This document shows, piece after piece, positions 23,646 through 36,480 of a stretch of DNA of 64,000 nucleotides (position 1 is the stretch's first letter; every line of letters starts with the position of its first letter). This DNA is from Octopus bimaculoides (taxonomy: Eukaryota). The position numbers and the translations under genes were made by a program. The DNA lies in assembly GCF_001194135.2 (NCBI RefSeq), contig NC_068988.1, forward strand, positions 42,655,467 through 42,719,466, written 5' to 3'. The notes under the pieces were generated by a model. It was not told where the DNA came from. It worked only from the letters and a program-made list of their open reading frames with translations, and did no database searches.

Positions 23646-24824
23646 TAATAATAATAATACTAATATTCCTTTCTACTATACGACTGAAAGAAGCTCGTCG
23701 TATATATGTATCATCATCATCATCATCATCATCGTTTAACGTCCGCTTTCCATGCTAGCATGGGTTGGACGATTTGACTGAGGACTGGTGAAACCGGATG
23801 GCAACAGCAGGCTCCAGTCTGATTTGGCAGAGTTTCTACAGCTGGATGCCCTTCCTAACGCCAACCACTCAGAGAGTGTTTACAGTCTTTATTGCACCTG
23901 AACATCTGCCACAAACAAAAACTAACTTGCTAGTTAACCTGCCTTTGATGTTGCTGCACCTCTTATGGGTCCATAGCTTGCNNNNNNNNNNNNNNNNNNN
24001 NNNNNNNNNNNNNNNNNNNNNNNNNNNNNNNNNNNNNNNNNNNNNNNNNNNNNNNNNNNNNNNNNNNNNNNNNNNNNNNNNNNNNNNNNNNNNNNNNNNN
24101 NNNNNNNNNNNNNNNNNNNNNNNNNNNNNNNNNNNNNNNNNNNNNNNNNNNNNNNNNNNNNNNNNNNNNNNNNNNNNNNNNNNNNNNNNNNNNNNNNNNN
24201 NNNNNNNNNNNNNNNNNNNNNNNNNNNNNNNNNNNNNNNNNNNNNNNNNNNNNNNNNNNNNNNNNNNNNNNNNNNNNNNNNNNNNNNNNNNNNNNNNNNN
24301 NNNNNNNNNNNNNNNNNNNNNNNNNNNNNNNNNNNNNNNNNNNNNNNNNNNNNNNNNNNNNNNNNNNNNNNNNNNNNNNNNNNNNNNNNNNNNNNNNNNN
24401 NNNNNNNNNNNNNNNNNNNNNNNNNNNNNNNNNNNNNNNNNNNNNNNNNNNNNNNNNNNNNNNNNNNNNNNNNNNNNNNNNNNNNNNNNNNNNNNNNNNN
24501 NNNNNNNNNNNNNNNNNNNNNNNNNNNNNNNNNNNNNNNNNNNNNNNNNNNNNNNNNNNNNNNNNNNNNNNNNNNNNNNNNNNNNNNNNNNNNNNNNNNN
24601 NNNNNNNNNNNNNNNNNNNNNNNNNNNNNNNNNNNNNNNNNNNNNNNNNNNNNNNNNNNNNNNNNNNNNNNNNNNNNNNNNNNNNNNNNNNNNNNNNNNN
24701 NNNNNNNNNNNNNNNNNNNNNNNNNNNNNNNNNNNNNNNNNNNCTGGGGTCGATATGCTCGACCAAAAGGTGGTGCTCCGGCATGGCTACAGTCAAATGA
24801 CTGAAACAAGTAAAAGAGAGTATA

Positions 24825-25545
24825 GGCACAAGGCCTGAAATTTAGGAGAGGGGGATAGCTGATTAACTTGACCCCTAGTACGTAACTGGTACTTATTTCA
24901 TTGATGATGAAAGGCAGTCGACTTGGACAGAGTTTGAACTCAGACTGTTAAGACAGATGAAACACTGTTAAGCATTTCACCCAGTGTGCTAATGATCCTG
25001 CCAGCTCATCACCTTAATAATGATGATAATAATAATCCTTTCTACTAAAGGCACAAGGCCAGAAATTTTGGGGTGGGGGCTAGTCGATTATATTGACCCT
25101 AGTATGTAACTGGTACTTATTTCATCGAACCTGAAAGGATGAAAGGCAAAGTCAACCCTGGTGGAATGTGAACTCAGAATGTACTGATGGACAAAATACT
25201 GCCAAATATTTTGTCTGACATGCATTAAGCTCACCACCTTAATGATGACAATTTCAAATTTTGGCACAAGAAATTCTGCAAACCGTTTTTTCCCAATGAT
25301 TCTGCCAGCTCTCTGCCTTAATGATGATGATGATATTTTCAAATTTTGGCACAAGGCCAGCAAGTTAATGGGACGGGTAAATCGGTTACATTGATCCCAC
25401 TACTAAATCGGTGCTTATTTTATCAACCCTGAAAAGATGAAAAGCAAAATTGACTTTGGCAGAATTTGAACTCAGAGCATAAAGATGGATGAACCATCAC
25501 TTAGAATTTTATTTGGTGTGTTAACAATTTTGCCAGCCTGTCACC
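24825..25545 (-). mobile_element. Train of family B SINE copies
   Basis: Repeated aggcacaaggcc...gaaaggcaaagtc...gaactcaga...ccagctc..ccttaat units separated by (AAT)n/(GAT)n. Confidence 0.8.
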
Positions 25546-25559
25546 TTAATGATAAAAAT

Positions 25560-26235
25560 AACAATAATGAGATATGGGCCCTGAATGCAAGGTTAGAAAA
25601 GAATGAGGCTGGTACACGTCCAACAGAGTGCTAGTGTTTTGAGAGGCATAAGAAGAATTAGTTGTTATGTGCAAGATAGAAGGCTGCGCTTGTTTGGTCA
25701 TGTGATGCGGATGGATGCTGACATCTCCATAAAGAAGTGCCAATCTCTCAAAGTAGATGGAACAGGTGGAAGTTGGAGACCTAGGAAGACATAGGATGAA
25801 GTACTGAAGAACGACCTCAGGATGCTGGACCTTTCAGGTGAGATGATAAGGGACCGAGATGCCTGGCACCTTGCTGTACTCAAGACCTATACTCTGCAGC
25901 AGAAGTGTTAAGAGTGGTCCCTCTGGTGATGAAAAGCACTTGTGGTGCCGCATTAAAGTGCTTGTGCAGTGCCATGTTATAGTGCCTGTGTGGTGTCACA
26001 TAAAAGAGTCGATGTGGCACTTCGTAAAAGTACCATGTGGCGCTACGTAAAAATGCTTGTGTGGTGCCATGTAAAAGCACCCGACACACTCCGTAAAGTG
26101 GCTGGCGTTAGGAAGGGCATCCAACCATAGAAACCATGTCAAATCAGACTGGAGTCTGATACAGCTCTCCAGTTTGCCAGCTCTGGTCAAACCATCCAAC
26201 CCATGCCAGCATGGAAAACGGATGTTAAATGATGA
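25560..26235 (+). mobile_element. RTE LINE 3' end with family D tail
   Basis: VQDRRLRLFGHVMRMDAD...KCQSLKVDGTGGSWRPRKT, then aggaagggcatccaacc...gatgttaaatgatgatg. Confidence 0.8.
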
Positions 26236-26775
26236 TGAATGAAGTTTCTACCAACACCTTTTCTACAGATCAAACAGGGCCACCTACCTGAAGGGGTTTG
26301 TGATTTGTCAGCCTTCCTACTTACTAAGACTTTGGTTTTTGCTGGGTTAACTGCAAGGCACTTTATCTCATTTAATATACACATGCACCCATGCTGGTAC
26401 CACATAAAAAACGTTCAGTACATTCTGTAGAGTGGTTGGCATTAGAAAGAATATCCAGCTGTAGAAACCATGCCCGAGCAGATAATGGAGCCTTTTGCAG
26501 CCCCAGGCCTTACCAGCTGAGGTCAAACTGTCTAACCCATGCCAGCATGTAAAACAGACGTTAATCGATGATGATGATTTAAATGTGCACTGCTATTAGT
26601 TTCATGTCTCTGCAAATAGAATGATCAGACAAGCCTGTAGAGCATTCCTTGTATTTTCAGACAATCATTCAGATTCCATCGGGATGGTGGTAATGATCTG
26701 AGTAAGGAATTGGTAAATTTGGTGGTGGTTATTGTGATCATGATTTATTGTGTTCATTCTGTCCTCTTCCACCAG

Positions 26776-26904
26776 GTTGATGACAGTATCCTCTGCCCAT
26801 CTCACAGCATCGAAGAGGACTTCCTCCGGACAATGATATCATCGCACCTCATGACCTTCGGCCGCAGCGTCGTCATTGGTAAACATATCAAGCAAGTTAA
26901 TCTC
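26776..26904 (+). CDS. C9orf72: C9orf72 coding exon 3 (43 codons)
   Basis: ccaccAG|VDDSILCPSHSIEEDFLRTMISSHLMTFGRSVVIGKHIKQVNL|GTAAGT, matching AISSHLQTCGCSVVVG. Confidence 0.95.
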
Positions 26905-27699
26905 GTAAGTAATTAGCACTAATTGTTTTAATGTCTTTATTTGGTATTTAACACAAGTTATTTTATTTGTTGTTGTTGTTTTTCGGGGCTAGAGTAGGGG
27001 GTGAAAGGATAACTCCCCCCCCCCCTTACAATTTGTAGTTTCTTATTTTGACATCACCGCGTCATCTCAGTCTCTTCTTTATGGTTGCCATAATTACAAC
27101 TGGTTATTCTTAGTGTAATACAGAAGGTGTGTTGCCATGGTGAAGTTATTGCTATGGTAACTTTGTCTTTTTTAGATTATTATAACTTAGTGTGGGGTTG
27201 GTGGGTAGTGTCTATGATCTTTGTAAGCCCTCTGAGATTGCTATGTGGTTGCTACAACAGCCTTGTCTCTCTGGCAACATTGTTGCTACAACAGTGCTGT
27301 CCATCTAGTAATGTGTTTTTTGCTACAAATGCTCTCTAGTAATGTGTTTTGCTATGGCAGCTCTGTATATTTCACCAAAATACTAGGGTTAATTTCAACA
27401 ATTATACCACTGATTGCCACATTCTTAGACAAGTTAATAAGGTCCCTTGTTAACTTGTGTGAAAGTTTCTGTTTTCTCCAGTTGTTCGAATTAACAACCA
27501 AATTTCCCTCAAGTCACATTCTGTCATCTTAGAAAATGACATGTTGGATATTTTATCCCAGGGTTCCTGCTCATAGGAAAAAACCTAGAATGGTTATGGC
27601 TGGAACGCCTTTGGTCACAGGTCTGTCCAATCAAGGTCTCTTCTATCTATTTTTCAAAAAGATCATGAATGCAATAATTAATATAATAATCCTTCCTTA

Positions 27700-28315
27700 C
27701 TATATGCACAAAGTCTGAAATATTGGGAGAGAGGGCTACTCAATTATGTTGCCCCCTCCCCAGTACTTCACTGGTACTTAATTTATTGACCCCGAAAGGA
27801 TGGAAAGCAAAGTCAATCTAATAATAAAATAAAATTGTTTCTAATTTAGACACAAGGCCAGCTAGCTTGAAGGGAGCAGGTAGTTGATATTAACTTCAGT
27901 ACTTGGCTGGTGCTTTATTTTATTGATCCCCCACAAAGATGAAAGACAAAGTTGAACTCAGAATGTAAATAGCCAAAGCAAATATAACAAGTCATTTTGT
28001 CTGATGCTCTAGTGATTCTGGCAATTCACTGCTCCCATGTTAATTGCCTTGGAAGCTGTTATTATTATCTTTGTTGTTATTATTATTATAGCAGTGAGCT
28101 TAATTTGTAGTTATTATTAAGGCATGCTGGGCAAAATGCTTAGTGGCATTTCGTCTATCTCTATGATCTGAGTTCAAATTCTGCGGAGGTTGACTTTCCC
28201 TTTCATCCTTTCGGGGTCGATGAAATAAGTACCAGTTAAACACTGGGTCTCTGTAATTGACTAACACCCCCTCCTCCCAAATTTTAGGTCTTGTGCCTCT
28301 AGTAGAAAGGTTTAT
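27700..28315. mobile_element. Three family B SINE copies (two -, one +)
   Basis: Family B core visible at ~27700-27820 and 27840-28030 (-) and 28120-28315 (+). Confidence 0.7.
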
Positions 28316-28639
28316 TATTATTTTTGTTGTTGTTGTTACAAGAGTACTTAAGTTCTTAGTAATGAAAAAGTTACCTATTGAAAGTTGATAGAGGATGAAG
28401 TAAATAAAAATGCCAAAATAACAAGAAAATGAGAAAGTTATATTCACCACTCCCAAAATACTATACAGGTATGATGCACTGCAGAAGTTCATGACGAACA
28501 GCATTTCTTGTGGAGACATAATGAGGCACAAATACATCTTGGCCTTCTGAATTGTCAATCTGTGTAATTTCAAAGTGTTTGTAACCCTAACCTTAATCCT
28601 GACCCAAGAGTACAACAGGGGTACCCCACCCCCGCCCCA

Positions 28640-28764
28640 CCAGAGCCTTGTGGAGCTTTAGGTGTTTTCGCTCAATAAACACACACAACGCCTGGTCTGG
28701 GAGTTGAAACCGCGATCCTCCGACTGCGAGTCTGCTACTCTAACCACTGGGCCATTGCACCTCC
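28640..28764 (-). mobile_element. SINE family C, 5' fragment
   Basis: Reverse complement of ggaggtgcaatggcccagtggtta...aaaacacctaaagctccac. Confidence 0.85.
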
Positions 28765-28879
28765 ACATCATCTCATATAAAATAACCAAATGAAAAAATG
28801 TTTGATAATTTTTGGAGCAACATATTTATTCAATATACAAGGACGTATACTACCTTGCTCATGTTTTTTCATTTTAACC

Positions 28880-29160
28880 TGAATCCAGTCCACATTGTAA
28901 AATAGTTGGCATTTAGAAGGGCATCTAGCTGTAAAAACCTTGCCAAAACTGACCTTGCCTGTGCTTGTGCCATGTAAAAAGCACTCGGTCCACTCTGCTG
29001 GGTGGTTGGTGCTAGGAAGGGCATCTAGCTGTAAAAACACTGTCAAAACTGACACAGAAATCTGGTGCAGGTTTCTGCCTGGCTGACTCCCGCCTGGCTG
29101 GCTCCTGTCAAACCATCCAATCCATGCCAGCATGGAAGGCAGATGCTGAATGATGATGTG
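28880..29160 (+). mobile_element. Family D (RTE-tail) repeat
   Basis: aggaagggcatctagctgtaaaaac...ccatccaatccatgccagcatggaaggcagatgctgaatgatgat. Confidence 0.75.
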
Positions 29161-29450
29161 CCTGTCCTGTATATTACATGTGATACACAGAATATATTTC
29201 CCCAGCATACATTCATCATATATAAATATGCATTTCCAATTTTTTGCAACTGCCAGAATACCTTGGGGACTTGAGAAAGGAAAGCTACTCAGAACTTATG
29301 AAACAAGGGTTAACTAAAAGTCTGAACACAAGCATGGATGTTTGAGACAAACTTATGAAAATGCTTTGGACAGGCAAAGAGTTAAAATAAACTAAAACAA
29401 ATGTGAAAATAACAATCCTGATTTTGATTCTCATTTTCCCTCTGTGAAAG

Positions 29451-29573
29451 GTTATTAACACACTGGCGTTATTTAACACACCAGAAGAGAGATTATGTTC
29501 ACGACGTGTCTTGGACCAGACAGGCAAGATGTGGCCATATCATCATGATCTTTACCTTCAAGGTATTGTTGCT
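29451..29573 (+). CDS. C9orf72: C9orf72 coding exon 4 (41 codons)
   Basis: tgaaAG|VINTLALFNTPEERLCSRRVLDQTGKMWPYHHDLYLQGIVA|GTAAGT, matching IVRTLCLFLTPAERKCSR...LFVQG. Confidence 0.95.
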
Positions 29574-29734
29574 GTAAGTTATTTGTTTATTGTTTTGTTT
29601 ATGAATTTTTTCTCTCACGATTTTCTTTGTTTAATAAATAACTCTAAGATCAGATTAGATTTTAAATTCTTACTTTAATATCTATCCACCATCTTGTCTA
29701 CAACAACCTTGGGTACCTTTTTGAATTCCATACA

Positions 29735-29885
29735 TCTAACACTCATGGACATGCTTACAAAATCAAAAAAACAACACAACACTCATGACTTTCAGAAACA
29801 TTTTTTTCACATTCAGAATTGCTGAAGCATGGAATAAAATATCCACATCAGTTGTTAGCAGTTGAGATACTACATTCTTCAAAAC
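29735..29885 (+). mobile_element. CR1/L2-type LINE extreme 3' coding remnant
   Basis: Decayed HGHAYKIKK...DFQKHFF..RIAEAWNK motif typical of CR1 ORF2 C-termini. Confidence 0.55.
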
Positions 29886-30229
29886 TTCTGTGCTTCCTGA
29901 AATTTGCTGATGGTACACCTGATATCCCCACACTGTTTTTTTAAAAATTATTCACAGTTCACTACCTGTGCATATTCTATGTACTGTTCACACACTTTTA
30001 GTTACTTTTTCTGATGAGTTTTAGTGCATCTGAGCACTGTTTACAATAAATTCATTATATACTAAATTTATTTTCATAATAAATATAGTTATTTCCATAT
30101 GTTTAATAAAGGTTTAGTTTTCTAATGTAATGCAGTAAATTCAGCAATGACTTCAAATAAGCATTCCCCGTTCCTGCTGTATGTCTTCCATTAACTATTT
30201 GGCTGCATTGGCATAGGCCACGGGTTATG

Positions 30230-31790
30230 GTCTCACTTGGCTTGCCGGGTCTTCTCAAGCACAACATATCTCCAAAGGTCTCGGTCACTTGTCGTTGCCT
30301 CTGTGAGGCCCAATGCTGGAAGGTTATGCTTCACCACCTCATCCCATGCCTTCCTGAGTCTACCTCTTCCACAGGTTCCCTCCACTGTTAGGGTGTGACA
30401 CTTTTCCACACAGCTGTCCTCATCCATTTGCAACCCATGACCATACCAGCTCAGTCGTCTCTCTTGCACACCACATCTGATGCTTCTTAAATCCAACTTT
30501 TCTCTCAGGGTGCTTACACTCTGTCATGTATGCACACTGACATTACACATCCAGCGGGACATACTAGCTTCATTCCTTGCAAGCTTACGCATGTCCTCAG
30601 TAGTCACAGTCCATGTTTCACAGCCATGTAGCATGGTTGTTTGCACACATGCGTCATACAGTCTACCTTTTACTCTGAGCAAGAGGCCTTTGTCACCAGC
30701 AGAGGTAGGAGCTCTCTGAATTTTGCCCAGGCTATTCTTATTCTAGCAGCTACACTTTCAGAGCATCCACCCTCGCTACTAACTTGGTCACCTAGGTAAC
30801 AGAAGCTATCAACTACTTGTAGTTTTTCCCCCTTGAATGTGATGGAAGCAGTTTTCTGCACATTTCCAGTGTTTATTGCACCTGAGCATTTGCTACACAC
30901 AAAAGCTATCTTCCCAGTTAGCCTTCCTGTGATATTGCTGCACCTCTTATATGTCCATAGCTTACACTGGGTACATCTTATGGAGTTTCTACCTACACCT
31001 TTTCTATAGATCGAGCAGGGCCATCTACCTGAATGTATTAAGATTTTGGTTTTTGCTAGGTTGACTCTTTGATTCTAGACCTTGCTTCCACACCTGAAAC
31101 TTCTTCTCTAGTTCTGATAGTGTCTCAGCTATTAGAGCAAGGTCATCAGCATAGAGAAGCTCCCAGGGGCATCCTGTCTTGAATTCCTCTGTTATTGCCT
31201 GGAGGAATATGATGAATAAGAGGGGGCTGAGGACTGATCCTTGGTGGACCCCTACTCCTACCCAGAATTCATCACTGTACTTGTTGACAACCCTCACCTT
31301 ACTGACAGCATCCCTGTACATGGCCTGTACAGCTCTCACTAACCATTCATCTATCCCTAGTTTCCTCATTGACCACCAGATAAGGGATTGGGGGACCCTG
31401 TCAAAGGCTTTCTCCATGTCAACGAAAGCTAGGTACAGAGGTTTATCTTTGGCTAGGGATTACTCCTGCAACTGTCTTACCAGAAATATAGCATCAGTGG
31501 TGATTTTTCCCTGGCACAAACCCAAACTGCATCTCGTCTAGACTGACTCTCTCCCTAATTAGTTGGGCTATGACTCTCTCCGTGACTTTCATTACCTGAT
31601 CCAACAACTCAATACCTCTGTAATTATTTGTATCTAATGCATCACCTTTACCATTGTAGCAGTTGACTATGGTGCTGCTACACCAGTCATTGGGTATGAC
31701 TCCTTCATGTATTTATAATAATCGTAGCAGCTAGAAGGACAGACATACTGCAGCAAAGTTTGTACCTAAATAGGTCAGTTCCTGTCCATT
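30230..31790 (-). mobile_element. RTE-clade LINE reverse transcriptase, truncated and frameshifted
   Basis: EKAFDRVP...GVHQGSVLSPLLF...LLYADDLAL...FCYLGDQVS...RRLSWYGHGLQM...RGRLRKAWDEVV. Confidence 0.95.
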
Positions 31791-31989
31791 TGAACTTCAC
31801 CTGACATAGCTGAGGTCGTAGGTCAAAGGAGATGATCAATCACCTTTTGACAGGACAAAGAAAACTTTTTTCATGCCTGTTGATCATGGTGGTTTGGACG
31901 ACCAAGAATTCTTACATTCGGTTTCGAATCTAGGCTTGGAGAAGGAAATGTTAATTTTTACACTTGTAACCTTAGATATCCATATGATT

Positions 31990-32220
31990 TCAATAAGCCC
32001 TCAAATTGCTCTGAACCTTTCTGTTAATCTTTCCTGTTCCTAAGAGCCTCAACAGGACATTCTGTTTCAATCTCCTTTATCCATTTGTCTACTTCATCAC
32101 TCACAATTCCTAATGCACCATTTGTCACAGGTACGACCATTACAATTTCAAATCCTCATAGTCTCAAATTTGGAAGGATTGTAGTTTTTCAACTTTTCAT
32201 TTGTTTTCTTCACAATTTTT
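31990..32220 (-). mobile_element. RLE-type (R4/Dong-like) non-LTR C-terminal remnant, highly decayed
   Basis: Minus strand reads VVPVTNGALGIVSDEVDKWIKEI, similar to IPIIVGALG at 59864-60088. Confidence 0.5.
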
Positions 32221-32536
32221 ATATGAAATGGACATGGTAGATCAATCATTGTGCAAATCTGATTTTATTTGTTTATTACTGTAATTACTCTCCTCCTCCT
32301 CCTACTGCCACCACGACCACCACCACCACCACCACCACCAATCGACTAGTAATCGACTAGTCCCCTCCCCCCAAAATTTTAGGCCTTGTGCCTTTAATAG
32401 AAAGGATTATTATTATTATTATTATTATTATTAAAGTCAAGTTTGACCTATAAAACACTAAAAGGAAGTCACCATGTTTAAAAGATGAAGAATTTGAATG
32501 TCACTCATCTTATTTGTTGATATTTTTTTATTTCAG

Positions 32537-32733
32537 GAACCAGGTAGCAAGATCTCTCACCTGATGAAAGATATGTTGACCAGTAAATACCCAAGTTCTG
32601 TCATAGACCTGAATCTACAGAGAGTCTTGCAGACCCCTGATCATTCCAGTCACGAGACCTATCGGCAAGAGATGCTGAAGAACGAACTTATTTGTCTGCA
32701 TTATGATGATAACTATGAATCCTACATGAAACG
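32537..32733 (+). CDS. C9orf72: C9orf72 coding exon 5 (197 nt, ends in phase 2)
   Basis: tttcAG|EPGSKISHLMKDMLTSKYPSSVIDLNLQRVLQTPDH...YMK-CG|GTGAGT. YPSSVID matches YPTTHID. Confidence 0.9.
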
Positions 32734-32825
32734 GTGAGTAAGTCTTTCTGTTTCAGTTACTATCATCATCATCATCATTGCTGTTGTTGTCATCAGTGTT
32801 TAGTTATGTCTTATGATGTTCTGAG

Positions 32826-33210
32826 CGGAGGCGCAATGGCCCAGTGGTTAGGGCAGTGAACTCACGGTCATAGGATCGCGGTTTCGATTCCCAAACCGGG
32901 TGTTGTGAGTGTTTATTGAGCAAAAACACCTAAAGCTCCATGAGGCTCTGGCAGGGGATGGTGGCGAACCCTGCTGTACTCTTTAACCACGACTTTCTCT
33001 CACTCTTTCTTCCAGTTTCTGTTGTGCCTGTAATTCAAAGGGTCAGCCTTGTCACACTGTGTCACGCTGAATATCCCCGAGAACTACGTTAAGGGTACAC
33101 GTGTCTGTGGAGTGCTCAGCCACTTGCATGCTAATTTCACGAGCAGGCTGTTTTGTTGATCCGATCAACTGGAACCCTCTATGTCGTAAGCGACGGAGTG
33201 CCAACTACAA
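32826..33210 (+). mobile_element. SINE family C, full length, 13-bp TSD
   Basis: TSD atgatgttctgag at 32813-32825 and 33213-33225. Confidence 0.92.
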
Positions 33211-33419
33211 CAATGATGTTCTGAGTTTCAACTAGCACCTATGTCAACTTTGTTGTCCATATTTTGGGGCCAATAGAATATAGTGCGAGTCAACTTTTGG
33301 GGTCCATTTAATTGACAGTTTCGCCACCTCATGCAAATTCGAGGCTTTTATTATTTTACAAATCATTATTTGTTGCCACTGTCTCACTACCATTTAGTAT
33401 GATATTCCTTGCGCACAAT

Positions 33420-33845
33420 CCATGTCTCACCACCATGTATCATCACTCACCTTATTCATACACCATGTCACACCACCATATATCTTTACTCATGTTCCAT
33501 GTCTTACTACTATGTACTATCACTCACGTTACACACATTCCATGTCTCATCACCATTTACCATTACTCCCCTTTCTCATTCCTTATCTCACCACCTTGTG
33601 CCATCACTCACCTTTACTCATATTCCATCTCTCAGCACCGTATACCATCAGTCACCTTACATTCCATGGCACACTAATATGTACCATCACTTACATTACT
33701 CATATTCCATGTTTTACAACTACGTACCATTACTTACCTTGTATTCTATATCACACTGCCATATACTGTCAGTCACCTTACTCATACTCCATGGTCTCGG
33801 CAATATGTATCATCACTCACCTTACTTCTACTCCATGTCTCACAA
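33420..33845. repeat. Degenerate ~42-bp minisatellite, about 10 units
   Basis: Recurring ttccatgtctcaccaccatgtaccatcactcaccttactcata-like units; strongly G-poor on the + strand. Confidence 0.75.
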
Positions 33846-34215
33846 CAAAAGTTGGAAGTTGTCATCACTACTATTATCATTGACATCTTTATAACCAACT
33901 TGTTTCTTAGCTACTAATTATTGTATCAAGTCGATTACCCCCCAATAGGACAGTTCCCCCGATGACAACCCCCTAGGAAATTATCCCCCTTGGTTAATTA
34001 CCCCGTCTCCAATGTATTAAGTTTTAAATCATCTGTTGTCCTCAGGGGTAATTGTCTTCGGGAGATTATTGTACATGAGGGGTAAATTTCATAGACTCAC
34101 TAATTATACCACTGGTTAAGCTTCCACCACTATCATTTCCCAGTCCAGTCCACATCATCATCATCATCATCACCACCACTGCCATTATAACATTGATAAT
34201 TGTTTTGTGTTGCAG

Positions 34216-34276
34216 TAAAAATTTTGTTAATGTCACAGACTGTGTCGAATCATTTGTGAAAACGCTCCGGAAAGAG
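34216..34276 (+). CDS. C9orf72: C9orf72 coding exon 6 (61 nt)
   Basis: ttgcAG|(R)KNFVNVTDCVESFVKTLRKE|GTGAGT. Phase 2 in, 0 out; fits the short DTLVKAFLDQ exon. Confidence 0.85.
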
Positions 34277-34463
34277 GTGAGTAACTTTAATGGTAACGTT
34301 CAATCCTAGCTTTATGTAGTGAGGTGGGGCTTGTTTAGTCATGAGATTAAACCATGAGTAGATTGGTGAATTTGATTGAAGATTGATAGATTTAATAAAT
34401 TTCTTTGAATGGAAGCGGTGGGTTGATTAATGGAAAGGTTTAACTCATGAGTGATAGAGCAGG

Positions 34464-34831
34464 GGAGGCGTAATGGCCCAGTGGTTAGGGCAGCGGACTC
34501 GCGGTTTCGATTCCCAGATCGGGTGTTGTGGGTGTTTATTGAGCGAAAACACCTAAAGCTCCACGAGGCTCCGGCAGGGGATGATGGCGAACCCTGCTGT
34601 ACTCTTTCACCACAACTTTCTCTCACTCTTACTTCCTGTTTCTGTTGTGCCTGTAATTCAAAGGGTCAGCCTTGTCACACTGTGTCACGCTGAATATCCC
34701 TGAGAACTACGTTAAGGGTACACGTGTCTGTGGAGTGCTCAGCCACTTGCACGTTAATTTCACGAGCAGGCTGTTCTGTTGATCGGATCAACTGGAACCC
34801 TTGACGTCGTAAGCAACGGAGTGCCAACAAC
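34464..34831 (+). mobile_element. SINE family C, full length, 11-bp TSD
   Basis: TSD gatagagcagg at 34453-34463 and 34832-34842. Small deletion in the tRNA-like head. Confidence 0.92.
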
Positions 34832-35739
34832 GATAGAGCAGGAATGAGCTGTTTCATTTTAGCTTACTGGTTGACTGAGCTGACCTGGGTGTTTAATGCT
34901 AACATTTAGCCTATGGTTGATTGAGTTATGGTAGGGAGTTTTATGATAAGATTTAGGTCATAGTTTATGGAACTATGGTGGGTAGTTTGAAGATGAGATT
35001 TAATCTATGGTTTACAGAGTTGAGGTGGATAGATTAATGACACGATATAATACATGATTAGTTAAATATCAATTAAGCAATGCTTCATTAATATTTGGTG
35101 GTTAGAGAAAGATATATCCCAGAGTTGGTGACATGGGATGTTTACTCGTTTGGTAAGATTTAACTTAGCATTTCCAGCCCTATGAGTCTATATGACTTGG
35201 GAAAGACCTTTTGGTGAAGGTTCATGACTTAGTGTTTAGGGAATTCAGCTTGTGATCATAAGGTTGTGAGTTCGATATCCAGCAGTGCCCTTGAGTAAGA
35301 CCCTTTATTTCACGTTGCTCCAGTCCACTCAGCTGGCAAGAATGAGTAGTACTTGTCATTCAAAGGGCCAGTTTTGTCACATTCTGTGTCACTGAATTGC
35401 CCTGAGAACTACATTAAGGGTATGCATGTTTGTGGAGTTCTCAGCCACTTACACGTTACTTTTACGAGCAGGCTGTTAACATTGATTGGATCAGCTGGCA
35501 TTTAAATCAGTTCAAATATGTTTGGAACTAATTTGACCTGTATTTTATAGACTGTTTTCAATGCAGTTTCCTGTTGAGAAAAATTCTCCTTTTAGGTAAT
35601 TTGTGTTTTTAATGCCTATTGCATAAAGAGAAAATTTTTCAATGATAAACCACAGTGAAAACAGACTTTTTACAGGTCAAATATGTCCCAAACATATTTG
35701 AATTGATCTGAATCTTTGTTTGCTTACATTCCTGCTTTC

Positions 35740-36070
35740 ATGTGCTTACTATGATACATTCGGCCAGTAAGACATTTGAGCGAGATCGTTGCCAGTGCCG
35801 ATGGACTGGCTCCTGTGCAGGTGGCATGTAAAATACACTATTTCGAGCGTGGCCGTCGCCAGTACCGCCTGACTGGCCCTCGTGCCGGTGGCACGTAAAA
35901 GCACCCACTACACTCTCGGAGTGGTTGGCGTTAGGAAGGGCATCCAGCTGTAGAAACTCTGCCAAATCAGATTAGAGCCTGGTGTCGCCTCCTGGTCCAC
36001 CAGTCCTCAGTCAAATCGTCCAACCCATGCTAGCATGGAAAGCGGACGCTAAACGACAACGATGATGATT
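35740..36070 (+). mobile_element. Family D (RTE-tail) SINE-like repeat, young copy
   Basis: gtggcacgtaaaagcacccactacactctcggagtggttggcgttaggaagggcatccagc...gaaagcggacgctaaacgacaacgatgatg. Confidence 0.85.
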
Positions 36071-36480
36071 GAATTGATTTAGTTGGGCTATTTGATAGTC
36101 AGATTTAACTAATTTTATAGTGCACTTATCCCCTACAGAGATAAATTGTAACTTCCTTAGAGAAACTGATCTGATAGGTCAGAAAAGTTGACATATTCTC
36201 AGATCAGGATATGTACTATGATCAAGCAATGACTGATAATCTAGACACAAAATACTTGTTATCAAGTATGACAAGCAAGGCTCTGTGTATGGTATGTACA
36301 GCTTTATCTGGTGTACCTTCTTTAATCTCTCAGAAAATGAATCTAGTGTTAACATTGCTTTCAGAGTTTTCCAAATAAGTAAACATCTTTACCTTTAATC
36401 CTGTTATTGTTGTCACTGTTTTTATTATTTTTATTTGTTTTATGTACACAAATGGTTACAGAAATTGTGGCACACTGGCA

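Noticed and set aside
20207-24838. Long ORFs in the track spanning N-gaps (also ~2.2, 41.3, 50.1, 52.2, 54.0 and 62.6 kb)
   Set aside because: They are open only because N codons contain no stops.
33312-33894. His/Tyr-rich ORFs and a CRISPR-like periodic look
   Set aside because: Degenerate minisatellite without unique spacers; the open frames result from G depletion; eukaryotic intron.
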